Both the position numbers and the translations under genes were made by a program. The notes below the pieces were generated by a model that was given only the letters and a program-made list of their open reading frames with translations, did no database searches and had not been told where the DNA came from. Positions 38,478-51,030 of a stretch of 64,000 nt of DNA are shown here, in pieces. Position 1 is the first letter of the stretch; every line of letters begins with the position of its first letter. Source of the stretch: Pristiophorus japonicus (lineage: Eukaryota); assembly GCF_044704955.1 (NCBI RefSeq), contig NC_091998.1, forward strand, positions 63,178,001-63,242,000, given 5' to 3'.

Positions 38478-39192
38478 CACCTGCATTTCCCCCACACAGT
38501 GATGGGACACGGGTCTGTATCTGCGTTTGCCCCACACGGTGATGGGATGTAGGTCTGTACCTGCATTTCCCCCACACGGTGATGGGACGCAGGTCTGTAT
38601 CTGCGTTTGCCCCACACGGTGATGGGATGCAGGTCTGTATCTGCATTTGCCCCACGCAGTGATGGGTCGCAGGTCTGTATCTGCGTTTCCCCCAGTGATG
38701 GGACGTTGGTCTGTATCTGCGTTTGCCCCACGCGGTGATGGGACGCAGGTCTGTAGCTGCGTTTCCCCTACAGTGATGGGACGCGGGTCTGTATCTGCGG
38801 TTGCCCCACGTGGTGATGGGACGCAGGTCTGTATCTGCGTTTCCCCCACGGTGATGGGACGCAGGTCTGTATCTGCGTTTGCCTCACGCGGTGATGGGAC
38901 GCGGGTCTGTATCTGCGTTTGCCCCACGCGGTGATGGGACGCAGGTCTGTAGCTGCGTTTCCCCTACAGTGATGGGACGCGGGTCTGTATCTGCGGTTGC
39001 CCCACGTGGTGATGGGACGCAGGTCTGTATCTGCGTTTCCCCCACGGTGATGGGACGCAGGTCTGTATCTGCGTTTGCCTCACGCGGTGATGGGACGCGG
39101 GTCTGTATCTGCGTTTGCCCCACGCGGTGATGGGACGCAGGTCTGTATCTGTGTGTCCCTCACACAGTGATGGGACGCAGGTCTGTGTCTGT
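38478..39192. repeat. ~39-bp minisatellite (gtgatgggacgcaggtctgtatctgcgtttgccccacgcg), about 18 units
   Basis: Seen directly. The ORF-track translations repeat with a 196-bp offset, indicating a higher-order duplication. Confidence 0.93.
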
Positions 39193-39439
39193 GCCGGCTA
39201 TTTGATAGAGCTTTCCAATTAGTCCCATTACCCTCCTCCTTCACCATAGCCCTCCATTATTGACTTAAAATTACGATTAAATCTACTTCCACCTCCCTTT
39301 CAGACATTCCAGATCGTAACAACTTAGTGTAAAAATAATCCTCCTCTCCCCCATGTTTCTTTGGCAATGATCTTCAATCTGTGTACAGTTTGTCCTTATT
39401 TACCCTATCAAAATCAGTCAAGATTTTGAAAAAGACTTG

Positions 39440-39800
39440 AAAGACATGCATTTATATAGTGCCTTTCACGACCACTGGATTTACTTCAGTCAATTTGCGC
39501 ACAGCCAGCAACGTGATAATGACCAGATAATCTCTTTTCATTATGTGGATTGAGGAATAAATATCAGCCGGGACACCGGGGATAACTCTCCTGCTCTTCT
39601 CTGAAATAATGCCATGGGATCTTTTACGTCCACCTGATAGAGCAGACGGGGCTTCGATTTAACGTCTCATTCGAAAGACGCTCCCTCAGCACTGCACTGG
39701 AGTGTCAGCCTAGATTACGTGCTCAAGTCCCTGGGACTTGAACCCATAACTTTCTGACTCACGAGGCAAGGGTGCTACCCACTGAGCCATGGCTGACACC
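39440..39800 (-). mobile_element. DeuSINE/SacSINE1-like SINE
   Basis: Core plus head gggacttgaaccc...gctacccactgagccatgg. Confidence 0.8.
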
Positions 39801-40460
39801 TCTATTAAATCTTTCCTTAACCTTCTCTTGCTCCAAGGAGAACAATCCCAGCTTCTAATCTTCCTTCCCAACAGTTAAAATAGCCCCAATCTACCCATGA
39901 TCATGACGGGATTGCTATTCTGCGACAAGAGTCTCGTGGTCGCTAATCAAAATAGTTTCACTCCTACGTAACTTTTTTTTAAAAACTCAATTACACGCTG
40001 TTGGATTTACCCGCACTGTAATACTGACTTATTATAAGAGAATGAGCAGCTGAGGGGAGCGGGAGGCTGAAATTAATTGAGGGAGTTGGATGACTTCATG
40101 GACGACGAGTACAAAATTGGATTGATTCACCGACCACAAATTAAAACTGCAACTTGTGCAGTCACTGCAAGCTAGCTTGATATAGGACCTCAGCCCTTAA
40201 ATTAAAACCTTAATCACAGGGTTCACATACATCAAATACCAGCTGCTTTCCTACATTAATAGTCAAGCGCGCACAAAAACAGTGTCCCATTCAACTGGCT
40301 CTCTTCCTCATCTCCTGATCTGCTCGTTCCCGCGTCACACACACACAATGCCCCACATCCGCCCTCCTAGAGAGCTAGGATTTCAGTTATGGGTGGGTGA
40401 GATCTTCATACTGTGGAAGCATAAACAAACTACAATTCGAGACTGTGCCCTTCCAAACTT

Positions 40461-40461
<1 letters not shown>

Positions 40462-40500
<39 letters not shown>
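40462..40500. repeat. (TG)n microsatellite
   Basis: Perfect run of about 19 units. Confidence 0.95.
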
Positions 40501-40502
<2 letters not shown>

Positions 40503-40509
40503 GCGAGAG

Positions 40510-41075
40510 CACTGCATTTTCATAGCGCCTTTCATGTCCTCAGGGCATCCCAAAGCGCTTTACAGCCAATTAGCACTTCTGAAGTGCGGTCACTGCTATA
40601 ATGTAGGAAATGCAGCAGCCAATTTGCACACAGCAAGATTCCACAAACAGCAATGTGATAATGACCAGATAACTTGTTTTAATGAAGGTGGTTGAGGGAT
40701 AAATATTGGCCAGGACACCAGGGATAACTCCCCTGATTATCTTTGAAATGGTGTCATGGAATCTTTTACGTCCACCTGAGAGCAGATGGGGCCTCGGTTC
40801 AATGCATCATCCGAAAGACGGCACCTTTTTCCCACATTACAACAGTGACTACACCCCAAAAGTACTTCATTGGCTGGCTGCAAAGCACTTTGGGATTTCT
40901 GGTGCTCGTGAAAGGCGCTATATAAGCAAGTCTTTCTCTTTCTCTGAAGAACTCAGTCAGTGCAGCACTGCACTGGAGTGTCAGCCTAGATTTTTGTGCT
41001 CAAGTCTCTGGAGTGCGTCGTAAACCCACAACCTTCTGACACAGGCCAGAGTACTACCCACTGAGGCACCGCTGA
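40510..41075 (-). mobile_element. DeuSINE-like SINE with an oppositely oriented SINE-tail fragment inside (40830-40935)
   Basis: The core is interrupted by cattacaacagtgactacac...gtgaaaggcgctatataagcaagt on the + strand. Confidence 0.7.
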
Positions 41076-41807
41076 CGCTGGGGTGAAGTACTGGTGGGGA
41101 CAGGGCTGTTACTGGAGGGGGATGATTAGAGGAAGCATGTTTCACATTGTTAGGTACAATTTTCCCAATGTAATGATACCATTACACAGAGAACACAGCA
41201 AACGCCCTGGCTCAAAGCTTCATCTGTATAGGAACGTGGATTGAAATCGCTTCACTTTCCCAACAGCTTGTCGAATTGAGAAGAGATTTCAACTCCAGAT
41301 CTCCCTGTTCAACATCAAAACTCTACTTTAATGGATATGCATCGACAGTCATTTCAAGTGCTGAGCGATGTTAACTTGGGCCATCGAGTCAGCTATCTGA
41401 ATCCATTCTCCATTGTGCTGCACAATATGCCCCACAGCACCAGGTGCCCGGCCTATCAGTGACAATCCAATACCAGCCACCGAGTGAAGCGGCTCCCGAT
41501 TCCCTAGTTGCGTCACCTTGTCTCTCCACTAGCCCACAGTTACTCTCGTTGCGTAATGATGACCAAGTTCCAGTCACTTGTGGTTGTATTTTTGGACTTG
41601 AAATGCAAAGGCTGAAGTTCAAATCCCACCAGGGCAAGTTGTGAAACTGGCCAATCCTAGCCTCTTGTGCTTACTGATCGCTCCACCATTGGCAGGCTGA
41701 AGCCCCAAGCTCTGAACTTCCCTCCCTGAACCTCTCTATCCTCCTTTAAGACGCTCCTTAAAACCTAGCTCTTCAGCAAGCTTTTGGTCACCTGCCCTAA
41801 TATCCCA

Positions 41808-42880
41808 TAAAAAATAGGTGCAGGAGCAGGCTATTCGGCCCTTCGAGCCTGCGCCACCATTCAATATAATCATGGCTGATCATGCAACTTCTGCCTTCTC
41901 TCCATACCTCCTAATCCCTTTAGCCACAAGAGCCACATCTAACCCCCTTTTGAATATATCCAACGAACTGGACTCAACAACTTTCTGTTGTAGAGAATTG
42001 CACAGGTTCACAATTCTCTGGGTGAAAAAGTTTCTCCTCATTTCAGTCCTAAATGGCTTACCCCTTATCCTTAGACTGCGACCGCTGGTTCTGGACTTCC
42101 CCAACATCGGGAACATTCTTCCTGCATCTAACCTGTTTAATCCCGTCAGAATTTTATATGCTTCTATGAGACCCCCTCTCATTCTTCTAAATGCCAGTGA
42201 ATATAAGCTTAGTCGATCCAGTCTTTCTTCATATGTCAGTCCTGCCATCTCGGGAATCAGTCTGGTGAACCTTCGCTGCACTCCCTCAATAGCAAGAATG
42301 TCCTTCCTCCGATTAGGAGACCAAAACTGCACACAATACTGAAGGTGTGGTCTCACCAAGGCCCTGTATAACTGCAGCAAGACCTCTCTGCTCCTATTCT
42401 CAAATCCTCCTGCTATGAAGGCCAACATGCCATTTGCTTTCTTCACCGCCTGCTGTACCTGCTTGCCTACTTTCAATGACTGATGTACCATGACACCCAG
42501 GTCTCGTTGCACCTCCCCTTTTACTAATCTGTCACCATTCAGACAATAATCCGCCTTTCTGTTTTTGCCACCAAAGTGCATAACCTCACACTTATCCACA
42601 TTATACTGCATCTGCCATGCATTTGCCCACTCACCTAACCTGTTCAAGTCACCCTGCAGCCTCTTAGCATCCTCCTCACAGCTCACACCACCACCCAGCT
42701 TAGTGTCATCTGCAAACTTGAAGATATTACATTAATGATTTAGATGAAGGAATTGAATGTATGTTGTAAATAGCTGGGGTCCCAGCACTGAACCTTGCGG
42801 TACCACACTAGTCACTGCCTGACATTTTGAAAAGGACCCGTTTATTCCTACGCTTTGCTTCCTGTCTGCCAACCAGTTCA
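41808..42880 (-). mobile_element. CR1 LINE with a long open RT C-terminus (268 aa), inserted into an L2 tail
   Basis: ORF 41880..42686, preceded by FADDT-type sequence. L2 tail halves lie at 41670-41807 and 42881-42970. Confidence 0.9.
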
Positions 42881-43419
42881 GTGGCTCGGTGTCAAATTTT
42901 GTTTGAAAATACTCCTGTGAAGCGCCTTGTGCCTACATTAAAGGCGCTATATAAATGCAAGTTGTTGCTTAACTTAATAATTTGTGGATTGAGGCCAGAG
43001 AATGACCAGGAAGCTTCCAGACTGCTGTAAAAATCCAACTCGTTCCCAATGTTCTTTGGGGAAGGGAATCCGTCGGTGTCACCCCGACCAATTCTGGCCT
43101 ACGTGCGACTCCAGTCCCACGCTACAGAACTGATTCTCAATGGCCGCAGGACAACGAGGGATAGGCAGTAAATACTGTCTTGCCAGTGGTGCCCACATCA
43201 CCAAAACAAATAAATAATACGTAGCCAGGAGTCCAAAGGTTCTCTGTGCAAATGCCTACAGGTCCTGAGCAATCCGAGAGATATCAAACATCGCACAACT
43301 CAAGACGAGATGCAGTACAGATTTGCCCTGAATGGTCAGTGTGGAACGGAGCTGTACAGCCAATACTGGTCCAGAGTTCAATCACGGTTACCAAAACTAT
43401 GGCAAATGGGAGTCCAAAG

Positions 43420-44220
43420 TTGGCAAGTGTTACATCATGCATTTTGGACCCAAGAAAGATAAACTGATGTACTTTCTAAAAGGCGAGACCTGAGGCATTG
43501 TAGAGGACCTGAGATTTGAGAGATCAAGTACATCAATAACTAAAAAGCAGGTAGACATGTATGAAAAGCAATCAAGCAGGCTAATGGGAATGTTGGCCTT
43601 TAGCTCGAGGGGGCTGGAATACAATGGGAAGAAAGTGATGTTGAGTTGTTTAGAGCCTTGGTCAGGCCCCATCTACAGCATTGCAATCATTGCAGGGCCT
43701 CAGCCCTCAGGGAGGATGTATTGGCCTCGGAGGGGGAGCAACACAGATTCACCAGAATGACACCGGGACTTAGTGGGTTAAATTATGAGGACAGATTGCA
43801 TAGACTAGGCTTGTATCACCTGGAGTTCAGAAGATTGAGGAGGTGATCTGATCAAGGTGTTTAAAATGTTAAAAGGATTCGATAGGGTAAAGCGAGAAAA
43901 ACTGTTTCCACTGGTAGGGAATCAAGAGCGAGGGGGGATAACATCTTAAAATTAGAGTTAGGCCGTTCAGAAGTAAAACCAGGAAGCACTTTTTCCCCAC
44001 ACAAAGGCGAGTGAAAATCTGGAACTCCCTCCCTCAAAGGCTGTGGGTGCTGGGGGTCAACTGGAGCTGTCAAGACAGAGATCGATAGATTTTTGTTGGC
44101 TTAGAGTATCAAGGGACATGGAACATAGGTGGGTAGATGGAGCTGAGGTACAGAGCAGCCATGATCTGATAGAATGGCGGAGCAGGCTCGAGGGGCTGAA
44201 GGGCCTCCTCCTGCTCCCAG
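43420..44220 (+). mobile_element. CR1 LINE 3' fragment (degenerate)
   Basis: RALVRPHLQ..RFTRMTPGLSGLNYEDRLHRLGLYHLEFRRLR. Confidence 0.85.
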
Positions 44221-44504
44221 TTTACTTAACCTCAGCTGGGATGGCAGTAGGGCGGTACAGCAATTTATCTCAGCAAGGAGGGAAAATTAAAATTCAACAA
44301 AGGTATACATTCCTGTTAAATGAGCGCTTGTGGATAGGGCAGGACCAGGCGGCAATGTCCCGCCAGCAATGCTCTCACATGGGAAAGGGAGTGAAGCAGT
44401 GAAAGGCACCTAATCTAATGCTAGAAAGGAGCCAGCACCTTTGGGAGAGGAAGGGAAAAAAGGGGAGGAGAGATAAACAAATGACAGATCCAGACAGACA
44501 GCTG

Positions 44505-44850
44505 TCATAAGAACTAGGAGCAGGAGTAGGCCATATGGCCCCCACGAATCTGCTCTGCCATTTAATACGATCATGGCTGATCAGATCACGGACTCGGGCC
44601 CACTTCCCTGCCCGCTCCCCATAACCCCTTATTCCCTTATCAGTTAAGAAACTGTCTATTTCTGTCTTAAATTTATTCATGTCCCAGCTTCCACAGCTCT
44701 CTGAGGCAGCAAATTCCACAGATTTACAACCCTCCTCAGTTTTAAATGGGTGGCCCCTTATTCGAAGATTATGCCCCCTAGTTCTAGTCTCCCTTATCAG
44801 TGGAAACATCCTCTCTGCATCCACCTTGTCAAGCCCCCTCATAATCTTGT
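44505..44850 (-). mobile_element. CR1 3' end
   Basis: MRGLDKVDAERMFPL..TRGHNLRIRG with a cataagaac tail. Confidence 0.85.
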
Positions 44851-45059
44851 CAACTTGGATCACTGGATTTATCAGTCAGATAATAAAGGGATGGCAAGGT
44901 GACCCAGAGTTACAAATAGCTCTCCCAAATTCTCAGCTGGCACATTGCATCAATTGTATCTAAACAATGTGCCCGCTCTGAGCCTCCACAATCAATCAAT
45001 CAGTGGTTGAGTTGTGATAGCCAACTCACACGCCAGGTCTCTGCAGCCAGAGAAAAAAA

Positions 45060-45710
45060 TAGGTGTGACCCATTGACCAGAAACTTTACTGGACCAGACA
45101 CGTAAATACTGTGGCTACAAGAGGTCAGAGGCTGGGTATTCTGCGGCAAGTGACTCATTCTGACTCCCCAGAGCTTTTCCACCATCTACAAGGCACAAGT
45201 CAGGAGTGTGATGGAATACTCTCCACTTGCCTGGATGACTGCAGCTCCAACAACACTCAAGAAGCTCGGCACCATCCAGGACAAAGCAGCCCGCTTGATT
45301 GGCTCCCCATCCACCACCTTCAACATTCACTCCCTCCACTACTTGCTTACCATGGCTGCAGTGTGTACCATCTACAAGATGTACTGAAGCCTCGCCAAAG
45401 CTTATTCAACAGCATGTCAGAAACCCGCAACCTCTATCACCTAGGAGGACAAGGGCAGCAGGCGCATGGGAACACCATCACCTGCAAGGTCCCCTCCAAG
45501 TTACACTTGGAAATTATCGGCCGTTCCTTCATCGTCGCTGAGTCAAAATCCTGGAACTCCCTCCCTAACAGCACTGTGTAAGCACTTTCACCACACGGAC
45601 TGCAGCAGTTCAAGGCGGCGGCTCATCACCACCTTCTCAAGAGCAATTAGGGATGGACAATAAATGCCGGCTTTGCCAGCGATGTCCACATCACCGGAAC
45701 AAATAATAAA
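45060..45710 (+). mobile_element. Second CR1-group LINE family, 3' fragment
   Basis: Reverse-complement match to 60955-62070 (accatctacaaggcacaagtcaggagtgtgatggaatactct). Confidence 0.8.
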
Positions 45711-45854
45711 AATAGCTGGAGCCACTCGGAGTGACTGGACACTTCATTTCACTGTAGACCCATCCTCGCGACACTCTCATTCTCGGTCCCCCGCCCAAAG
45801 AGGAGCAAAGTGTGTCCTGGCCAACACACATCCCTCAAACAACATAATTAAAAA

Positions 45855-46290
45855 GAAAGCATTTCTATAGTGCCTTTTGCAAACTCGGGACATCCCAAAT
45901 AGTTTTACAGTCAATAAAATACTTTTAAAGTGTAGTCACTGTTGCAATGTCGGAAACGCAGCAGCCAAATTTGTGCACAGCAAGCTCCCTCAAACAGCAA
46001 TGTAATAATGACCAGATAATCTGCTTTAGATGTTGGGTGAGGGATAAATATTGGCCAGGACACCGGGGATAACTCCCGTTCTTCAAATGGTGCCACGGGG
46101 TCTTTTACGCCCACCCGAGGGGGCAGACGGGGCTTCGATTTAATGTCTCATCCGAAAGACGGCACCTCAGACAGTGCTGCACTCCCTCAGCACTGCACTG
46201 GGAGTGTCAGCCTGGATTTTGCGCTCAGGTCTGAGAATCTCCTGGCTCAAGAGACGAGAGTGCTATCCACTGAGCCACGGCTGACACTAG
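45855..46290 (-). mobile_element. DeuSINE/SacSINE1-like SINE
   Basis: Tail, core and head are all recognisable. Confidence 0.85.
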
Positions 46291-47539
46291 ACTAATTGTG
46301 TGGGGGGACCTGCTGGGACTGCACGTAGCAACCCAACAGTCACCGACGGTCTGGGCCCACACAAGACGATTGGCGACAGGAGCCGTGGAACGGGTCCTCC
46401 ACATGGGTCCACACCTTGAGAAAAGCAGCAAAGAAACCTATACCTTTCCTCCACAGAAACTCTTGGGAAAGTTGGTTTCAGTTTTAGGGAGTGGGGCAGT
46501 AATAAGAGCAGCTTCCTGCTTGTTCACACGTTGATCTTCCCTTAACTAAGCCGCATTCTGTTTATTAGGGCACAGAGCCAAAACTCACGTGAATACACAG
46601 CAGGACGAGCAACAAAAGCTGGATTGTGCCACTGGCTGTGTAATGCTGCCAATTATCACTGTCCTGGCCTGTATCTCAGTCTCCTCGCCAAACCTGCCCT
46701 AGGATTGCACATGCAGTTCAATCCCCTCCACATCATGTGTGCTGGGGGTCCCTGTTACCACCCGGGAAGCGACGGACCTCCGGTTCAAATCATTACCTGC
46801 CCCCCACCGCAGTCCGAAAACAAACACTAATGACGACTTGACCCACTATAAAACATCTTTCCACAACTTGACGGACAATCATTCACTACACTGGCACCAA
46901 ATCCCCACGAGTAACCAAATCTGTACCTGCTCTGGGAGCATTTGGAGCAGTATAATGGGAGCTTTACTCTGTAGCTAACCTATGCTGTACCTGCCCTGGG
47001 AGTGTGCGATGGGACAGTGTAGAGGGAGCTTTCTTCTTCTGAGGCGGCCCCTCGAATCGAGGTGACTTGCTTCCGCACCAAAAAGGGATGTGTTCAATGA
47101 GCACAGGTATTTCAATGAAGGATCTCATATTCCAGGTCCCGAACTGCATATTGAAGGGTGGAAGATGCCTGTGCATGAAGCTTTACTCTGTAGCTAACCC
47201 TTCCCGTACCTGCCCTGGGAGTGTTTGATGGGACAGTGTAGCGGGAGCTTTACTCTGTATCTAACCCTGTGCTGTACCTGCCCTGGGGGTGCTTAACACT
47301 GGGTTTGGGATTACAAAGTCCCACCTGAGGGGGACGGCTGGAGCAGGGAGTTCCTGCTGGAGTCCACAATATGTTCAAAGCTCCCGTGCCAAGCCTGTAA
47401 CAGCAACGTTCAGAGACTGCACTCTCCATATCGTGATGTATCAAGTTTCTCTGGATTCAACATTTGCAGGATCTTGTGATCAGTGTCATTTTCTGAAACT
47501 GAGAAACTCAGTTGCACAGGAGTGTTAACTTGAAACACA

Positions 47540-47935
47540 TCCAGTTCAAGCCCCGCTCCACAGACTGACGTACATATTCTAGGCTGACACTCCAGTGCAG
47601 TGCTGAGGGAGCGATGCACTGTCGGAGGTGCCAGCTTTCGGATGAGACGTTAAACCGAGGCCCCGTCTGCTCTCTCGGGTGGATGTAAAAGATCCCGTGG
47701 CACTACTTCGAAGAGTTGGGGGAAGTTATCCCCGGTGTCCTGGCCAATATTTACCCGGCAACCAACATCATTAAAAACAGATGATTTGGTCTTTATTACA
47801 ATGCAGTTTACGGGAGCTTGCTGTGCACATATTGGCTGCCTCGTGTTCTGCATTACAACAGTGACTACACTTCAAAAGCACTTCATTGGCTGTAGAGAGC
47901 GTTGGGACATCCTGAGGTCATGAATGGCAATGCAG
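47540..47935 (+). mobile_element. DeuSINE/SacSINE1-like SINE
   Basis: gttcaagccc...aaaccgaggccccgtctgc...gtaaaagatcccgtggcact...ggtgtcctggccaatattt. Confidence 0.85.
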
Positions 47936-48774
47936 AAATTAGTTTTTTCTTTTTAAAAAAAACTGGGGCACTTTTAACTGCCTCAAAAGCATTCACATAC
48001 GTGACCAAGGCTGCGGAAACTAGCAGTTACAGCTCATTGAGCTTAAACAACAGGCTAAGTGCCGGCATTGAGCTTGTTTAGCCACAGGCATCAATATATA
48101 CGGGGGAGAGGAAATAAAAACATATATAAATTTGTACCTCACCCAATAACCTTTAAAGGTCATGCTATACACTTCCTTAATTCTGGCACTCAACCTGCCC
48201 CCAGCTCCAGCGACAGCCCTGTGCCCACCAGTACTTCACCCAGTGTTAGCCAGCTCACAGTGCTCTCTCCACACACAGTCTGTTGCTGCACAGTCAGTGC
48301 TGGTCACAGTCCAAATAGACATGGTGCGAGAATTTCACACACCCACTGTTAACATTGCAGCGAAACCCAGCGACAGTAACAAGTTATCCAGTCCGTATCG
48401 ATTTTACAACGGGAGGTAGCAGGCTGGGAAAAGCACGAGGCCCAGAATCTCTCGCAGAGCTGAGGGCAGCAGCGGCTCAGAGAGCAGCGGCAGCCTATAA
48501 AGGGGCTGGTGGGAGCGGCACAAAGAAAGGAATAGTCAGTAAAGGGGCTGGTGGAAGCAACACAGAGGGGAGCAGTCAGTAAAGGGGCTGGTGGCAGCAG
48601 CAGCTATTGAAAAGCAGAGTGCAACACAGGGATCTCACGGGGGAGAAACAGTGTAAACTTGGTTCCACTGGTAGACGAATGGGGAACAAGTGAATGGAGA
48701 GCAAGGATTTTCACTGCGCTCGGAGGATCACACGCTCCGACACATGGAGGAGATGCATGATGCAGAGTAAAAAT

Positions 48775-49205
48775 AAAGATTTACATTTATATAATGCTTT
48801 TATAACCACCGGACGTCTCAAAGCGCTTTACAGCTAAGTACTTTTGGAGAGTAGTCACTGTTGTAATGTAGGAAATGCAGCAGCCAATTTGCGCACAGCA
48901 AGCTCCCACAAACAACAATGTAATAATGACCAGATAATCTGTTTTTTTATTGTGTTGATTGAAGGATTAATATTGGCCAGAACACCGGGGATAACTCCCC
49001 TGCTACTCTTCGAAATAGTAGCATGGGATCCTTACGTCCACTTGAGCGGACAGACGGAGCCTCGGTTTAATGTCTCGCCCGAAGGGCAGCACCTCAGACA
49101 GTGCAGCGCTCCCTCAGCGCTGCTTAGATTTATTGTACTACAAGTTCCTGGGGTGGGACTTGAACCCACAACCTTCTGACTCAGAGGTGAGTGTGCCACG
49201 GCTGA
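48775..49205 (-). mobile_element. DeuSINE/SacSINE1-like SINE
   Basis: Tail, core and B-box are present. Confidence 0.85.
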
Positions 49206-49399
49206 AACATTGAGCCGGGTTTGGCCCGCAGTGGAGTTAGGAGGACCATTCCTGCTCCACAGGAGGGAAATAAAAAAGTTTTGGTCTCTGGTCTGCTCTG
49301 TTAACAGCCAGAGAGCGGAACCAGTCTTGGAGGGGGTTCAATCAGCACAGGATAGAAGAGAGGGAGAAGCAAGCCCAGATCCTAACCCGCGCCAAGTCC

Positions 49400-49820
49400 C
49401 GTCCACCCATCACCTCTGTGCTCGCTGACCTACATTGGCTCCCTGTTAGGTAACACCGTAATTTTAAAATTTTCAACTGTGCTCAAGTTCCTCCATGGCT
49501 TCGCCCCTTCCCTATCTCTGTAATCTCCTCCAGCCCTATAACCTTCCAAGATCTCTGCACTCCTCCAATTCTGGCCTCTTGTGCATCCCCGATTTCCTTC
49601 ACCCCGACCGTGCCTTCAGCTGCCTGGGCCCTAAGCTCTGAAATTCCCTCCCCGAGCCTCTCCGCCTCGCTCCTCCTTTTAGATGCCCCTTAAAACCTAC
49701 CTCTTTGACCATTGGGCACCTGCCCCCAATATTTCCATATGTGGCTCAGTGTCAATTTTTGTCTGATGACGCGCCTTGGGACGTTTCAACAAGTTAAAGG
49801 TGCTATATAAATACAAGTCT
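49400..49820 (+). mobile_element. L2 LINE 3' fragment
   Basis: ctcgctgacctacattggctccc...gtgccttcagctgcctgggccctaagctctg...ggtgctatataaatacaagt. Confidence 0.8.
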
Positions 49821-50421
49821 TTGATGCTGGGAATTTCAACTCTCCTCTTGACATCAGGGAAGGACCGTGACCAGCAAACTGAAATCGCAAATGAGTCTTT
49901 GGAGCAACTGTGTGTCGGCATGCATTCTCAGTCGCGATGCGTAACATAAAAAGGACTGCTTGTGCCGAGTGAATGGGCGTGAGCCTCAGTCAGGCCAGAG
50001 AGCAGTCATCGATTCTCGGCATTGTGGCTTGGATCAAAGCGCCAACAATGAAAGGGAGCAGAATGGACTCGGCAAGAAAATTTTCACATTCCCTACTCCA
50101 TCAACGGAAAAGGCCTGGAACATATTTACCCCCTGGCCTCATTCAGAACTGTGCCCCAGTCCAAGTCTGTGTACAACAGCTTCATGCTGGATCAGGGAAT
50201 CCAGACCGGAAAAAAGGGGCCGTCTCTGATTGCATCAAATATTCTCCGGGTCATTTGGGGTGGGTCCCAGAACACTGGGTGGGGATCCCTGGGCAAAAGG
50301 CAGTTCACAGCGGATCTGATTTCTTCTTCCGCTAATAGATTTCTAGATTTCTTTACATTTGTTGCTTTTACTCGATTGATTGCTCAGTCAGCACAGGCTT
50401 TTGCCGAGGAATCAACTTAAA

Positions 50422-51030
50422 GCTCAGTGGGTAGCAAACTCGCCTCTCGAGTCAGAAGGTTGTGGGTTCAAGTCCCACTCCAGAGACCTGAGCACATAAA
50501 TCTAGGCTGACACTCCCAGGTGCAGTGCTGAGGGAGCGCTGTACGGTCGGAGGTGCCATTTTAACCAATAAGGGAATTAAGGGTTATAGGGAGCGGGCGG
50601 GTAAGTGGAGCTGAGTCCACGGCCAGATCAGCCATGATCTTGTTGAATGGCGGAGCAGGCTCGAGGGGCTAGATGGCCTACTCCTGTTCCTAATTCTTAT
50701 GTTCTTATGCCTTTCACACGAGACGTTAAACCGAGGCCCTGTCTGCCCTCTCAGGTGGACGTAAAAGATCCAATGGCACTATTTCGAAGAAGAGCAGGGG
50801 AGTTCTTCCCAGTATCCTGTGCCAATATTTATCCCTCAATCAACGTCGCTAAAACAGATTATCTGGGCCATTATCACATTGCTGTTTGTGGGAGCTTGCT
50901 GTGCGCAAATTGGCTGCCGCTTTTCCAACATTACAACAGCGTCTACACTCCAAAATTACTTCACTGGGTGTAAAGCGCTTTGGGATGTCCGGTGGTCATA
51001 AAGGGTGCAGTAAAAATGCAAGTCTTTCTT
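50422..51030 (+). mobile_element. DeuSINE-like SINE interrupted by a CR1 3' end (50560-50709)
   Basis: Head gctcagtgggtagc...ggttcaagtccc. The CR1 insert ends ttcttatgttcttatg, after which the SINE core resumes. Confidence 0.85.

Noticed and set aside
38403-39130. Repetitive ORFs (QTQIQTCVPSPRG...)
   Set aside because: Translations of the 39-bp minisatellite.
41880-42686. 268-aa ORF as a possible host gene
   Set aside because: It is the CR1 reverse-transcriptase C-terminus, 5'-truncated and without an endonuclease, so not autonomous.
50422-50480. tRNA-like sequence with A and B boxes (also at 11005-11065)
   Set aside because: It is the head of a SINE, continues into the SINE core and does not form a full cloverleaf.
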